In this document: piece after piece, positions 26,634 to 35,248 of the stretch
Layout of the letters: every line of letters starts with the position of its first letter
How positions within the stretch are numbered: position 1 is the stretch's first letter
Assembly: GCA_040375215.1 (NCBI GenBank)
Contig: JBEISW010000001.1
Location: 1-47,911 of the forward strand
Reading direction: 5' to 3'
Length of the DNA stretch: 47,911 nucleotides
From: Crocinitomicaceae bacterium
GTDB taxonomy: Bacteria > Bacteroidota > Bacteroidia > Flavobacteriales_D > Sanyastnellaceae
The notes under the pieces: model-generated
The model's database searches: none
What the model saw: the letters and a program-made list of their open reading frames with translations, nothing else
Told to the model about the DNA's origin: nothing
Translations under genes and position numbers: made by a program

Positions 26634-27512
26634 TTATCTCGAAAAAACCAAATCCGATTGACCTATTTTTTTCCCCCCTTCAAAGATGGATATTTTGTAG
26701 GTTCCTTTGGTCAATCCTGATGCCATGCAATACATACAAACGTCTGTGTCCTGATTCTGATAATCTATTTCACGCATTGCGCTATAAGCCATGCTCTGTC
26801 CGTCCAAATTAGCATTGCCCGCATTACCAATCAGCTGTCCTGAAGGAGATTCCACACGCATGTAAATCTTCTTGGTTCCTGATTTGACAATATTGTTTTG
26901 TCGAATGGTAAAACATGATTTGATCTGAGACGCTTGAGATGCGCGCTCAACATCCTTTTCTCCACCACGTGTTTTTTCTTTGATTCCTTTGTTGCTAAAA
27001 CCTGCAGCGGCTAGGACCGATCCTTTGGTAACGACATCTTGCGTGGTGCTCAACTCAGTGGCCAATTGTTTGGACTGCGTCTCTGCCCTGTTGGCTCTAT
27101 CGCTCTCATTCTGTTTCTCTACTATCAGTCGATCATTCATTCTTTGCAATGAATCAATGTCATGGATGTAGCCCTTCATGATGCGACGCAATGTAGCGGT
27201 TTCGTCTCGCAATTGTTTGATGTCAAAATCCTTATTGCGTGCAGATGCCAACAATTTTGCAATTCGATTGGTTTGCCATTGAATGCTGTCTTGCAATTGT
27301 TTATTGTCTGTTTCCATTTCGGAAAAAGTCCCTTGCATTTGCTCCAATTCCATCTGCAATCCATCTCGTTCATCGATCAATGTCCCATTTTCCTTATCCA
27401 CATAAATGATTCTTTCTGTCAACTCCTTTTTTGTTGAGTACAGCATGTAGCCGAGAAACAATGACAGTATTGACAATATGGAGATTAAAATGATGTATAC
27501 CCTATTGGTCAT
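26634..27512 (-). CDS. Membrane-anchored coiled-coil protein, function unknown
   Basis: The ATG at 27512 gives MTNRVYIILISILSILSLFLGYML (TM anchor). About 150 aa of heptad-like Q/E/R-rich sequence follow, then a C-terminal beta-rich domain. The track's longer start would run into the tRNA-Cys promoter. Confidence 0.6.
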   Translation of the reverse strand: MTNRVYIILISILSILSLFLGYMLYSTKKELTERIIYVDKENGTLIDERDGLQMELEQMQGTFSEMETDNKQLQDSIQWQTNRIAKLLASARNKDFDIKQLRDETATLRRIMKGYIHDIDSLQRMNDRLIVEKQNESDRANRAETQSKQLATELSTTQDVVTKGSVLAAAGFSNKGIKEKTRGGEKDVERASQASQIKSCFTIRQNNIVKSGTKKIYMRVESPSGQLIGNAGNANLDGQSMAYSAMREIDYQNQDTDVCMYCMASGLTKGTYKISIFEGGKKIGQSDLVFSR

Positions 27513-27562
27513 AAATTTATTTTTTGCTAAATTAAGTTGTTTGTTCCAAAGATGATACTTTG

Positions 27563-27570
27563 TATATTTG
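27563..27570 (+). promoter_or_regulatory. -7 box TATATTTG upstream of tRNA-Cys
   Basis: A perfect box ends 10 nt before the mature tRNA 5' end at 27580. Confidence 0.5.
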
Positions 27571-27579
27571 CCGCTCAAT

Positions 27580-27650
27580 GGTCCTGTGGCCGAGCGGCTA
27601 GGCAGAGCTCTGCAAAAGCTTGTACAGCGGTTCGAATCCGCTCGGGACCT
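27580..27650 (+). tRNA. tRNA-Cys (anticodon GCA)
   Basis: Folded by hand. Acceptor GGTCCTG/CGGGACC, anticodon stem GAGCT/AGCTT with loop CT-GCA-AA, T-arm AGCGG-TTCGAAT-CCGCT. 71 nt, CCA not encoded. Confidence 0.9.
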
Positions 27651-27652
27651 CT

Positions 27653-27681
27653 AAAAATCCTCCTTCGGGAGGATTTTTTTT
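27653..27681. terminator. Bidirectional terminator shared by tRNA-Cys (+) and cvpA (-)
   Basis: aaaaa-tcctcc-ttcg-ggagga-tttttttt. There is an A-run on one side and a T-run on the other. Confidence 0.8.
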
Positions 27682-28231
27682 AATACTTCTCTTTGATTTT
27701 ATTGGCCCCGTCGTCCCACTCCTCCTTGGCTTTGCGCACTCCATTATGGTACAAAGCACTCTCCTCAATAGCTGGCAACAACATAAATGAAAAGCGATAC
27801 AAAGGATCATAGGTCCATGACAATTCTCTTTGCTCTCTGGGCATCCACTTCACCTTTCCATTGATTTTCTCTCCTGCCACCAACAAGACACTCAACACCA
27901 ACAATGTTTTAAAGACGGCAAAGAAAGATCCGGCAAAAGCATTCACATTGCTACCGCCACCTGACTTGATGGCCACACTTACCAATTTTGCAATAAAAAA
28001 CAACAATACTGCAAACAACAATACACAAATCAAAAACGCCTTTAAGCCAGATCCATTGGGCTGAGGACCGCCCCATTTTCCTGCAAACCAATCGGAAAAA
28101 TGCAATGACAAATAGATGGCGACAAAAATAAAAAGGAGATAAAATATCTCCATGATGAATCCATTGCGCCACCCCTTCCATGCTGCGTACCCCAACATGA
28201 CAAATATGGCGATGTCAAAAATCATAATCAT
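27680..28231 (-). CDS. cvpA: CvpA-family (colicin V production) membrane protein
   Basis: MIMIFDIAIFVMLGYAAWKGWRNGFIMEIF is a typical CvpA N-terminus. About 4 TM helices. Confidence 0.7.
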   Translation of the reverse strand: MIMIFDIAIFVMLGYAAWKGWRNGFIMEIFYLLFIFVAIYLSLHFSDWFAGKWGGPQPNGSGLKAFLICVLLFAVLLFFIAKLVSVAIKSGGGSNVNAFAGSFFAVFKTLLVLSVLLVAGEKINGKVKWMPREQRELSWTYDPLYRFSFMLLPAIEESALYHNGVRKAKEEWDDGANKIKEKY

Positions 28232-28320
28232 GAATGAAAATTAATCCTTTTTGGGTAACCTAGACCATCTTTCCATACTTGTTTCTCCAATCTCCTTTGT
28301 TAATTACTTGATGATATTCC

Positions 28321-28328
28321 TACTTTTG
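28321..28328 (+). promoter_or_regulatory. -7 box TACTTTTG upstream of lpdA
   Basis: A perfect box ends 7 nt before the ATG at 28335 and 16 nt before the ATG at 28344. Confidence 0.45.
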
Positions 28329-28334
28329 TAAAAA

Positions 28335-29747
28335 ATGAATAGCATGAGTCAATTTGATGTGATAGTGATCGGTTCTGGTCCTGGTGGTTATGTAAGCGCC
28401 ATTCGTTGTGCGCAATTGGGAATGTCTGTTGCACTAGTTGAAAAATACAACAGCCTAGGTGGCACTTGTCTCAACGTAGGTTGTATTCCTTCTAAAGCGT
28501 TGTTGGATTCTTCAGAGCACTACCACCAAGCGGTTCACCAGTTCAATGAGCACGGTATTGAACTGTCTGCAGCGCCCAAGATCAATCTGAAACAAATGAT
28601 TGCCCGCAAGGCGGGTGTCGTTTCCGATACCGTTAAGGGTATTCAATTTTTGATGAAGAAGAACAAAATCACCGTTCTTCACGGAATGGGCAGCTTTGTT
28701 GATGCGCACACCGTTGCCGTTGCAGGAGAAAAAGAAACACAAAACATTACCGGTAAAAACATCATCATTGCCACAGGATCCAAGCCTGCCTCATTGCCTT
28801 TCATCAACATTGATAAAAAGAGAATCATCACCAGCACAGAGGCTTTGGAGATGACGGAGATTCCAAAACATTTGGTCATCATAGGAGGCGGAGTAATTGG
28901 TCTAGAGTTGGGCAGCGTTTATGGGCGTTTAGGTGCCAAGGTGAGTGTTGTAGAATTCATGGAAGGCATCATTCCCACTATGGACAAAGCGTTGGGCAAG
29001 GATTTGCAAAAGTCTTTGACAAAATTGGGCTTTGAGTTTTACTTGTCTCACAAAGTAAAATCAGTTGAGAACACAGGTAAAAAAGTTGTTGTAAAAGCAG
29101 ACAACGCCAAAGGAGAAGAGTTGGTTTTGGAAGGAGATTACACGTTGGTTTCTGTAGGAAGAAAACCATACACAGAAGGACTAAACTCAGACAAAGCAGG
29201 CGTTGCTTTGGATGAGAGAGGACGTGTCATCACCAATGATTTATTACAAACATCACAGCCCCACATTTACGCCATTGGCGATGTGGTTAAAGGGGCGATG
29301 TTGGCCCACAAAGCTGAAGAAGAGGGTGTTTATGTTGCGGAAATTTTAGCGGGGCAAAAACCCCACATCAACCACCACTTGATTCCTGGAGTGGTTTACA
29401 CATGGCCTGAAGTAGCCGCTGTAGGTTATACAGAGGAGGAATTGAAAACCAAAGGCATTGCCTACAAAGCAGGAAGCTTTCCTTTCAAAGCCAGTGGCAG
29501 AGCGCGTGCCAGCATGGATACTGATGGATTTATCAAAGTATTGGCTGATGCCACCACAGATGAAGTATTGGGTGTTCACATGATTGGTCCACGTTGTGCG
29601 GATTTAATTGCGGAGGCTGTTATGGCAATGGAGTTCAAAGCAACAGCAGAGGACATTGCGCGCATCTGTCACGCACACCCCACATTTACAGAAAGCTTGA
29701 AAGAGGCGGCTATGGCAGCAACTTCAAACCGCGCCATTCACATGTAA
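28335..29747 (+). CDS. lpdA: Dihydrolipoyl dehydrogenase (E3)
   Basis: FDVIVIGSGPGGY (FAD), redox-active GGTCLNVGCIPSK, IIGGGVIGLELG (NAD), C-terminal HAHPT. The start could be the ATG at 28335 or at 28344. Confidence 0.93.
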   Translation: MNSMSQFDVIVIGSGPGGYVSAIRCAQLGMSVALVEKYNSLGGTCLNVGCIPSKALLDSSEHYHQAVHQFNEHGIELSAAPKINLKQMIARKAGVVSDTVKGIQFLMKKNKITVLHGMGSFVDAHTVAVAGEKETQNITGKNIIIATGSKPASLPFINIDKKRIITSTEALEMTEIPKHLVIIGGGVIGLELGSVYGRLGAKVSVVEFMEGIIPTMDKALGKDLQKSLTKLGFEFYLSHKVKSVENTGKKVVVKADNAKGEELVLEGDYTLVSVGRKPYTEGLNSDKAGVALDERGRVITNDLLQTSQPHIYAIGDVVKGAMLAHKAEEEGVYVAEILAGQKPHINHHLIPGVVYTWPEVAAVGYTEEELKTKGIAYKAGSFPFKASGRARASMDTDGFIKVLADATTDEVLGVHMIGPRCADLIAEAVMAMEFKATAEDIARICHAHPTFTESLKEAAMAATSNRAIHM

Positions 29748-29770
29748 ATTTAAATTGACAATAGATATGA

Positions 29771-29797
29771 AAAGAAGGCCACGTGCCTTCTTTTTTT
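29771..29797. terminator. Bidirectional terminator between lpdA (+) and the DUF1653 gene (-)
   Basis: aaa-gaaggc-cacgt-gccttc-ttttttt. Confidence 0.75.
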
Positions 29798-30020
29798 ATG
29801 GTATCAAAGTAAAACGATTACTAGTGGCTCCATTGAGCGTGCAGGGCTCGTGCCACATATACAAAGGCCTAGCGTAAACGCTGCCAAAAGGAACGCTTTT
29901 GTATATCACCAAGGGCTCTTTGGTTTCACTGTGGTTGGCCAGGGAGATGATTTCATACACACCACCTTTGTAGTGTTTCCAGCGCTCGCCGGGCATGGGA
30001 TAATGCATTGGGTATTCCAT
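29796..30020 (-). CDS. DUF1653-family small protein
   Basis: RWKHYKGGVYEIISLANHSETKEPLVIYKS matches the DUF1653 pattern (HYKG..Y........HSET.E..V.Y) as I recall it. Confidence 0.6.
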   Translation of the reverse strand: MEYPMHYPMPGERWKHYKGGVYEIISLANHSETKEPLVIYKSVPFGSVYARPLYMWHEPCTLNGATSNRFTLIP

Positions 30021-30024
30021 AAAA

Positions 30025-30945
30025 TCAATAAAAATGAGGGTTATTCACCTTTTGTTTGTTCTTCTTTTGGCCAACACGAAAAACATACCCCACCTGAACA
30101 CCGCGTTCAAAGTAGTGAATGTTTTGGGATGCCTTGGCGTTCAAGTCATCGGGGGCTTTTCCGGATTCTTCATTCTTCTCCAATTGGATATCAAACAAAA
30201 AGTTGATGCCGTTTTGGAAATTGTGCTGGATAAAGAAACGATCATTAAATACCCATCGCGCGCCATAAACAGCACTGATACCAATGCCGCTAAAGTGCAG
30301 GTTGTTCAAATAGCGCTGGCGCAAAAAGGTAAAATCGGTCCAACAAATCACCGCTCCTGCCCCTACCCCACCGTATAAATCAATGCGCGATTTTAATTTA
30401 GGAAATTGTAATATAGTTCCACGTTTTTCCAATTGAACACGGATGTAATTCATCCCATTGCTGTGATGAAAATCCATGAATTGTCGCTTGTACAACAGTG
30501 AATCTCCATTAAAGGTCCCAGTGTATTGTGCTATTTCCTCAGGGTCCGTCATGCGGTAATAATCTGCAGCAGAAGATGGATCAATATTTCCTGTGATGGT
30601 AACGTTCTGCGTTCCTGTAAAACGGTACTTGTGGTGGTCATATCCCAAGGATAAAAACCAATTGTTCCTCAACTCCTGTCCCATTCTAAAATTGAACTGT
30701 GGAACTGAGAATTCATTGAGTTTAAAGTACTGCTCACTTTTGGCTGGCATGTCATTGGCTTTTACATCAAACATTGTAAAATCATACCGGCTGCTTTGAA
30801 AGTGAATATCTGACGGTGCGTAAAAATTCCTATGGTATCCCCAATAAATATAGGACTCCCGACCTTCCTTCACTGTCTGCTCAGGGGTTTGAGCAAGAAC
30901 ATAAAATGGCATAAAAAACAACAAGTATGGAATAAGCTTTTGCAT
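30025..30945 (-). CDS. Putative outer-membrane beta-barrel protein, function unknown
   Basis: Signal peptide (FFMPFYVLAQ), alternating aromatic/hydrophobic beta-strand pattern, aromatic-rich strands near the C-terminus (VQVGYVFRV). Confidence 0.5.
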   Translation of the reverse strand: MQKLIPYLLFFMPFYVLAQTPEQTVKEGRESYIYWGYHRNFYAPSDIHFQSSRYDFTMFDVKANDMPAKSEQYFKLNEFSVPQFNFRMGQELRNNWFLSLGYDHHKYRFTGTQNVTITGNIDPSSAADYYRMTDPEEIAQYTGTFNGDSLLYKRQFMDFHHSNGMNYIRVQLEKRGTILQFPKLKSRIDLYGGVGAGAVICWTDFTFLRQRYLNNLHFSGIGISAVYGARWVFNDRFFIQHNFQNGINFLFDIQLEKNEESGKAPDDLNAKASQNIHYFERGVQVGYVFRVGQKKNKQKVNNPHFY

Positions 30946-30980
30946 GGATGAAAAATAGTTTTGTGCAAATTAAAACAACC

Positions 30981-31361
30981 ATGGAACTGAATACTGTAGA
31001 AATCGGAAAAAACGGCGAATATCAGGCTGTAGAATTCCTCAAAGAAAATGGCTACCGCATCCGGGAACAAAATTGGCGATTGGGGAAATTTGAAATCGAC
31101 ATCATTGCGGAAAGAGAAAACGACATTGTTTTCTTTGAGGTTAAAACACGCAATGGCTTTGATATTCCTGCGGACCGCATCGTTCAAGGGCAACAAAAAA
31201 CCCGCATCATGAAAAGTGCACATGCGTATATTCAAAGGTATAAAATTGTCAAAGAGCCCAGGTTTGACCTCATCACCATCTTTGGAAGTGGGCCCAAAAT
31301 GCGCATCTCTCACATTGAATCTTACTTTTATCCGCTATTGATTTCCGCTCGCTCGCTCTAG
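30981..31361 (+). CDS. yraN: YraN-family (UPF0102) endonuclease-fold protein
   Basis: GKNGEYQAVEFLKENGYRIREQNWRLGKFEIDIIAERENDIVFFEVKTR is the YraN/PD-(D/E)xK signature. The ATG at 30981 is preferred; the track's 30948 is possible. Confidence 0.8.
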   Translation: MELNTVEIGKNGEYQAVEFLKENGYRIREQNWRLGKFEIDIIAERENDIVFFEVKTRNGFDIPADRIVQGQQKTRIMKSAHAYIQRYKIVKEPRFDLITIFGSGPKMRISHIESYFYPLLISARSL

Positions 31362-31367
31362 ATTGCC

Positions 31368-31375
31368 TAATTTTG
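31368..31375 (+). promoter_or_regulatory. -7 box TAATTTTG upstream of rluB
   Basis: A perfect box 16 nt before the ATG at 31391. Confidence 0.45.
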
Positions 31376-31390
31376 CCAAAATCATTTTTC

Positions 31391-32608
31391 ATGGCAAGAA
31401 TTACATCTAGATCATCCAGCGGAGGTTCGGCCCCAAAAGGTCGCCGAGGTCGCGGAGACAATAAACCCAAGTTTAGCTCAGACAAGCCTGAAAAAGACTT
31501 TGTAAAAAAAGACAACAGAAAATCTGCGGATGGACCACGTGATAGAAAGCGTCCTGCCGGTGATCGTCCAGTAAAAAGCGGTCCTGGTTTCAAAAAGAAG
31601 TTTGATACAGCCCGTCCTCCTCGTGATGGTGAAGCGCCACGCCGCAAACCAGATGGTGAGCGCACTTCAACAGATCGTCCAAAAAGAGGTGGTGCCGCGT
31701 TCACCCCCCGCGGCGAACGTTCGGGATCTGATCGTCCTTTCAAAAAGTTTGAATCCAATGGGCCAACCCGCAGAAAGCGTTTTGACAAACAAGAAGAAGT
31801 AGAACAAAAGCCACGCTTTAGAAAAAGCAGCAAAGATTTGGATACTGACTTCACTCCCAAAAAAGCTTTTATTTCAAGGGCAGAGCGCGATGGTCAGATT
31901 AGATTGAACAAATACCTTTCCATGGCAGGCATTGCCTCAAGACGTGATGCTGATGAGTTGATTGGTCTAGGATTAATCACCGTAAATGGAAAAGTAGTTA
32001 CTGAATTGGGATTGAAAATCGATCCACAAAAAGATTTGGTGAAATACGATGACCGCGTTATTCGTGCAGAACAATACCGCTATGTGTTGTTGAATAAGCC
32101 CAAAGGATTTATCTGCACCATGGATGATCCCAAAGGCAGAGAGACGGTGATGAATTTGGTTAATTCTGCATGTGCGGAGCGCATTTACCCTGTTGGAAAC
32201 CTGGACAAGGATACCACAGGGTTATTGCTTTTCACCAATGATGGTGAAATGGCCAAGCATTTGACAGCTCCCAAAAATGACTACGCCAAGCTGTATCACG
32301 TTGAATTGACCGAAAAGATTTCCCAAAAAGACTTGGCGCAATTGCTCGATGGTGTTTCATTGGAAGATGGTTTTGTAAAAGCAGAGCAAGTGGCTTTTGT
32401 AGATGCAGACACGGACAGAAAGCAAGTAGGTATTCGCATCAACAGCGCCAAAAACCGTGTTGTTCAGCGAATGTTCGAAAAATTGGGATTCCGCGTTAAG
32501 AAACTGGACCGCGTTATGTATGCCGGTTTAACCAAAAAAGATTTGACCAGAGGTCGATATAGGCACTTGACTCCTGCAGAAGTGGGATTCTTGAAAATGA
32601 TTCGATAA
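31391..32608 (+). CDS. rluB: RsuA/RluB-family 23S rRNA pseudouridine synthase with a ~170-aa basic disordered N-terminal extension
   Basis: S4 domain IRLNKYLSMAGIASRRDADELI. Catalytic motif VGNLDKDTTGLLLFTNDGEMA. The ATG at 31391 lies 16 nt after a TAATTTTG box. Confidence 0.8.
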   Translation: MARITSRSSSGGSAPKGRRGRGDNKPKFSSDKPEKDFVKKDNRKSADGPRDRKRPAGDRPVKSGPGFKKKFDTARPPRDGEAPRRKPDGERTSTDRPKRGGAAFTPRGERSGSDRPFKKFESNGPTRRKRFDKQEEVEQKPRFRKSSKDLDTDFTPKKAFISRAERDGQIRLNKYLSMAGIASRRDADELIGLGLITVNGKVVTELGLKIDPQKDLVKYDDRVIRAEQYRYVLLNKPKGFICTMDDPKGRETVMNLVNSACAERIYPVGNLDKDTTGLLLFTNDGEMAKHLTAPKNDYAKLYHVELTEKISQKDLAQLLDGVSLEDGFVKAEQVAFVDADTDRKQVGIRINSAKNRVVQRMFEKLGFRVKKLDRVMYAGLTKKDLTRGRYRHLTPAEVGFLKMIR

Positions 32609-32609
32609 A

Positions 32610-33293
32610 ATGTTTGGATTGGTAACGCCAACACTTCGCCCGCCTATTCACTTCTTTGAAGATTGGATGGTTATTGTGCTATTGGTGTTGCTCTCTTTGA
32701 TGGCTTACTTCAATGTGGTGTATCCAACCAAAATGAAGAATGTGTTCAAAGCTTTTCGCAGTGATATTGCCATGCGCCAATTCATGCGGGAAGAAACCAA
32801 TATACCCAGGCCTTATCTATTTCTAACCTTTCAACATGCGGTATTGATGGGCTTGTTGTGGGTTTTGTTCTACCAAGCTTTTATTTATTCTACAGCACTG
32901 CCTTGGTGGGTATCATTGGTCAGCGCGTTGAGCGTTCTTTTGATCTATGGCTTAAAATGGATTTCTTTTCAGCTGGTCAAGTGGTTTAGTGAAGGTGATT
33001 TTACGTTGACGGAATACCAATACCGAACCTTTTCCACCAACAGACTTTTAGCCATCCTGCTTTATCCGCTGATTATTTTAGCCGCTCTCAGCAGCATACA
33101 GCACGCCTACATTTACATCGGGTGTACTGCCATTGTTATTGGATTATTAATTTCTTGGCGCATTTTAAAGGGTGCTTGGGTGGCTTTCACGAATAACGTT
33201 CCGTTATTCTACATCTTTTTTTACATTTGCACTCTTGAAATATTGCCTGTGCTGATTGGAGTGAAGTTGATACAGTTGTTGTCCAATCCTTAG
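32610..33293 (+). CDS. DUF4271-like polytopic membrane protein
   Basis: About 6 TM helices. Its position directly upstream of hemD matches a pairing I recall in Bacteroidota genomes. Confidence 0.55.
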   Translation: MFGLVTPTLRPPIHFFEDWMVIVLLVLLSLMAYFNVVYPTKMKNVFKAFRSDIAMRQFMREETNIPRPYLFLTFQHAVLMGLLWVLFYQAFIYSTALPWWVSLVSALSVLLIYGLKWISFQLVKWFSEGDFTLTEYQYRTFSTNRLLAILLYPLIILAALSSIQHAYIYIGCTAIVIGLLISWRILKGAWVAFTNNVPLFYIFFYICTLEILPVLIGVKLIQLLSNP

Positions 33294-33316
33294 GATGTAT
33301 TCATTGGAAGATTAAA

Positions 33317-34063
33317 ATGGCAGAAAAAGTAAAATCCATCCTGATTACCATTCAAGATCCGGGGAATGAAAAGAACCCGTATTTTGACATTGCTAAGAAG
33401 TACAAAATCAAGATTGATTACCGTACTTTTATCCATGTGGAGGGGATTCCAGCCATCGATTTCAGACAACAACGCATTGATATCCTGGATCACCCCGGTG
33501 TCATTTTCACCAGCAGAAATGCTGTTGATCATTACTTCAGAATGGCCAAAGAAATGCGTCTCACCATTCCAAATGAAATGAAATATTTCTGTACATCTGA
33601 AGCCATCGCTTTCTATTTGCAGAAATACATCTTGTTCAGAAAGCGCAAAATATTTTACGGAAGCGGAACCTTTTCTTCTTTGATTGAGGTTATCCTCAAA
33701 CAAAAAGGAGAAAAACTATTATTGCCTTGCTCTGACTTACTCAATCAAACCATCCCTGCAGAATTGGAAAAGAATGGCATCTCCCATTCCAAGGCCAATA
33801 TGTTCAAAACGGTCTGCAGTGATTTGTCTGATTTGGCCGATGTGAAATACGACATGTTGGTTTTCTTTTCTCCTTCAGACATTGAGTCACTTTACAAGAA
33901 CTTTCCAAAGTTCAAACAGAACACCACGCGCATTGCCGTATTTGGGAAAACAACAGCCGACGCTGCTGCTGACAACAAATTGCGCATTGACATCATGGCA
34001 CCCAATCCCAAGTCGCCTAGCATGAGCGCTGCCATTGAAAAATACATCATTGAGAACAAATAA
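33317..34063 (+). CDS. hemD: Uroporphyrinogen-III synthase family protein
   Basis: KSILITIQ...NPYFDIAKKYKIKIDYRTFIHVEGI...FRQQRIDILDHPGVIFTSRNAVDHYF matches the Bacteroidota HemD-like family as I remember it. Confidence 0.8.
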   Translation: MAEKVKSILITIQDPGNEKNPYFDIAKKYKIKIDYRTFIHVEGIPAIDFRQQRIDILDHPGVIFTSRNAVDHYFRMAKEMRLTIPNEMKYFCTSEAIAFYLQKYILFRKRKIFYGSGTFSSLIEVILKQKGEKLLLPCSDLLNQTIPAELEKNGISHSKANMFKTVCSDLSDLADVKYDMLVFFSPSDIESLYKNFPKFKQNTTRIAVFGKTTADAAADNKLRIDIMAPNPKSPSMSAAIEKYIIENK

Positions 34064-34130
34064 AATATAGGTTTTTCCTATAATTTATTCGAGCCAAGCC
34101 GTTGTTTTCTACAGCAACTTTGCTGTTCGA

Positions 34131-35225
34131 ATGAATGATCAATTTTTAATACAACAAGTTGGGTTATCCTTGATTCCTGGGCTTGGGCCAAAAAGGACGA
34201 GAGAAGTTCTGCATCTGTTCAAAGACCCCATGGACATCTTCCGAGCTCCATTCAAAGACTTTCAGGCCTTGGGGTTTTTCAGCAAGGAATGGTACCAATA
34301 CCTGCACAGCGCAGCTTTTATGCAGAATGCAGAAAAAGTGGTAAATGACTGTCTTAAACTAAAGATTGAAATCACTTTTATCCAAGACAGCCATTATCCC
34401 CATCGATTAAAAAACTGCGACGACGCGCCCGTTGTATTATACACCCAAGGACAAAATGCATTAAAAACAACACCCTTCATGGTTGCCATTGTGGGATCGC
34501 GAACCACCACACCTTATGGAGTTGACTTTGTGAATCAATTCATCTCAGCTGTTGCCAAGCATCCCGTGACCATCGTATCCGGATTGGCTTATGGAATAGA
34601 TCAAGCGGCGCACCAACAATGCAACGCATTGGGCGTGGCCAACATTGCCTGCCTTGCACATGGTCTTCACACCATATACCCTGCAAGCCATCGTCCACTG
34701 GCGCAACAAATCAAAAACAACGGAGGACTCATCACTGAATATTGTCCGGGCATTTTTGCAGACAAAGAAAGATTCCCCATGCGCAACAGAATCATTGCCG
34801 GTTTATGTGATGCTACATTGGTTATTGAATCGGAAAAAAGTGGTGGAAGTCTTATCACCGCCCAATTTGCACAACAATACAACCGAGATATTTTTGCTCT
34901 TCCCGGAAGAATACATGATGTGAAAAGCCAAGGGTGTAATCAATTGATCTACCAAAACATTGCCGCCGCCATCACAGAAATTCCACAGCTGCTTAAGGAT
35001 CTTGGCATCAAAGAGCAACCAGAGCTTCCATTTGAAACAGATCCGTTGAGTGAAAATGCGCAATTAACCTTTCAAACCCTGCGGGCCTTTCGCGAGTTGC
35101 ACTTGGATGAACTTCAGATAAAAACACAACTATCAGCCTCCCATTTTGCATCAGCTATTTTTGAATTGGAAATGTGTGGAATAATTCACAAACTTCCTGG
35201 TTCTCGCGTAGCAACGTCAAGATAA
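34131..35225 (+). CDS. dprA: DNA-processing protein DprA (Smf)
   Basis: VAIVGSR..T.YG, SGLAYGIDQAAHQ and ESEKSGGSLITA motifs of the DprA Rossmann domain. Confidence 0.88.
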   Translation: MNDQFLIQQVGLSLIPGLGPKRTREVLHLFKDPMDIFRAPFKDFQALGFFSKEWYQYLHSAAFMQNAEKVVNDCLKLKIEITFIQDSHYPHRLKNCDDAPVVLYTQGQNALKTTPFMVAIVGSRTTTPYGVDFVNQFISAVAKHPVTIVSGLAYGIDQAAHQQCNALGVANIACLAHGLHTIYPASHRPLAQQIKNNGGLITEYCPGIFADKERFPMRNRIIAGLCDATLVIESEKSGGSLITAQFAQQYNRDIFALPGRIHDVKSQGCNQLIYQNIAAAITEIPQLLKDLGIKEQPELPFETDPLSENAQLTFQTLRAFRELHLDELQIKTQLSASHFASAIFELEMCGIIHKLPGSRVATSR

Positions 35226-35233
35226 GATATTAC

Positions 35234-35241
35234 TACATTTG
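35234..35241 (+). promoter_or_regulatory. -7 box TACATTTG upstream of the polyprenyl synthase gene
   Basis: A perfect box ends 8 nt before the ATG at 35249. Confidence 0.4.
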
Positions 35242-35248
35242 TTGCCGC

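Noticed and set aside
27598-27810. 70-aa minus-strand ORF overlapping tRNA-Cys and the terminator
   Set aside because: It runs through a well-folding tRNA and a terminator hairpin, and it overlaps the 3' end of cvpA in another frame.
31273-31860. 195-aa minus-strand ORF (Arg/Ser/Pro/Gly-rich) opposite the 5' part of rluB
   Set aside because: It mirrors the low-complexity basic extension of rluB, and repetitive GC-richer codons keep the antisense frame open. It also overlaps the 3' end of yraN and has no domain or signal features. I treat it as an artefact.
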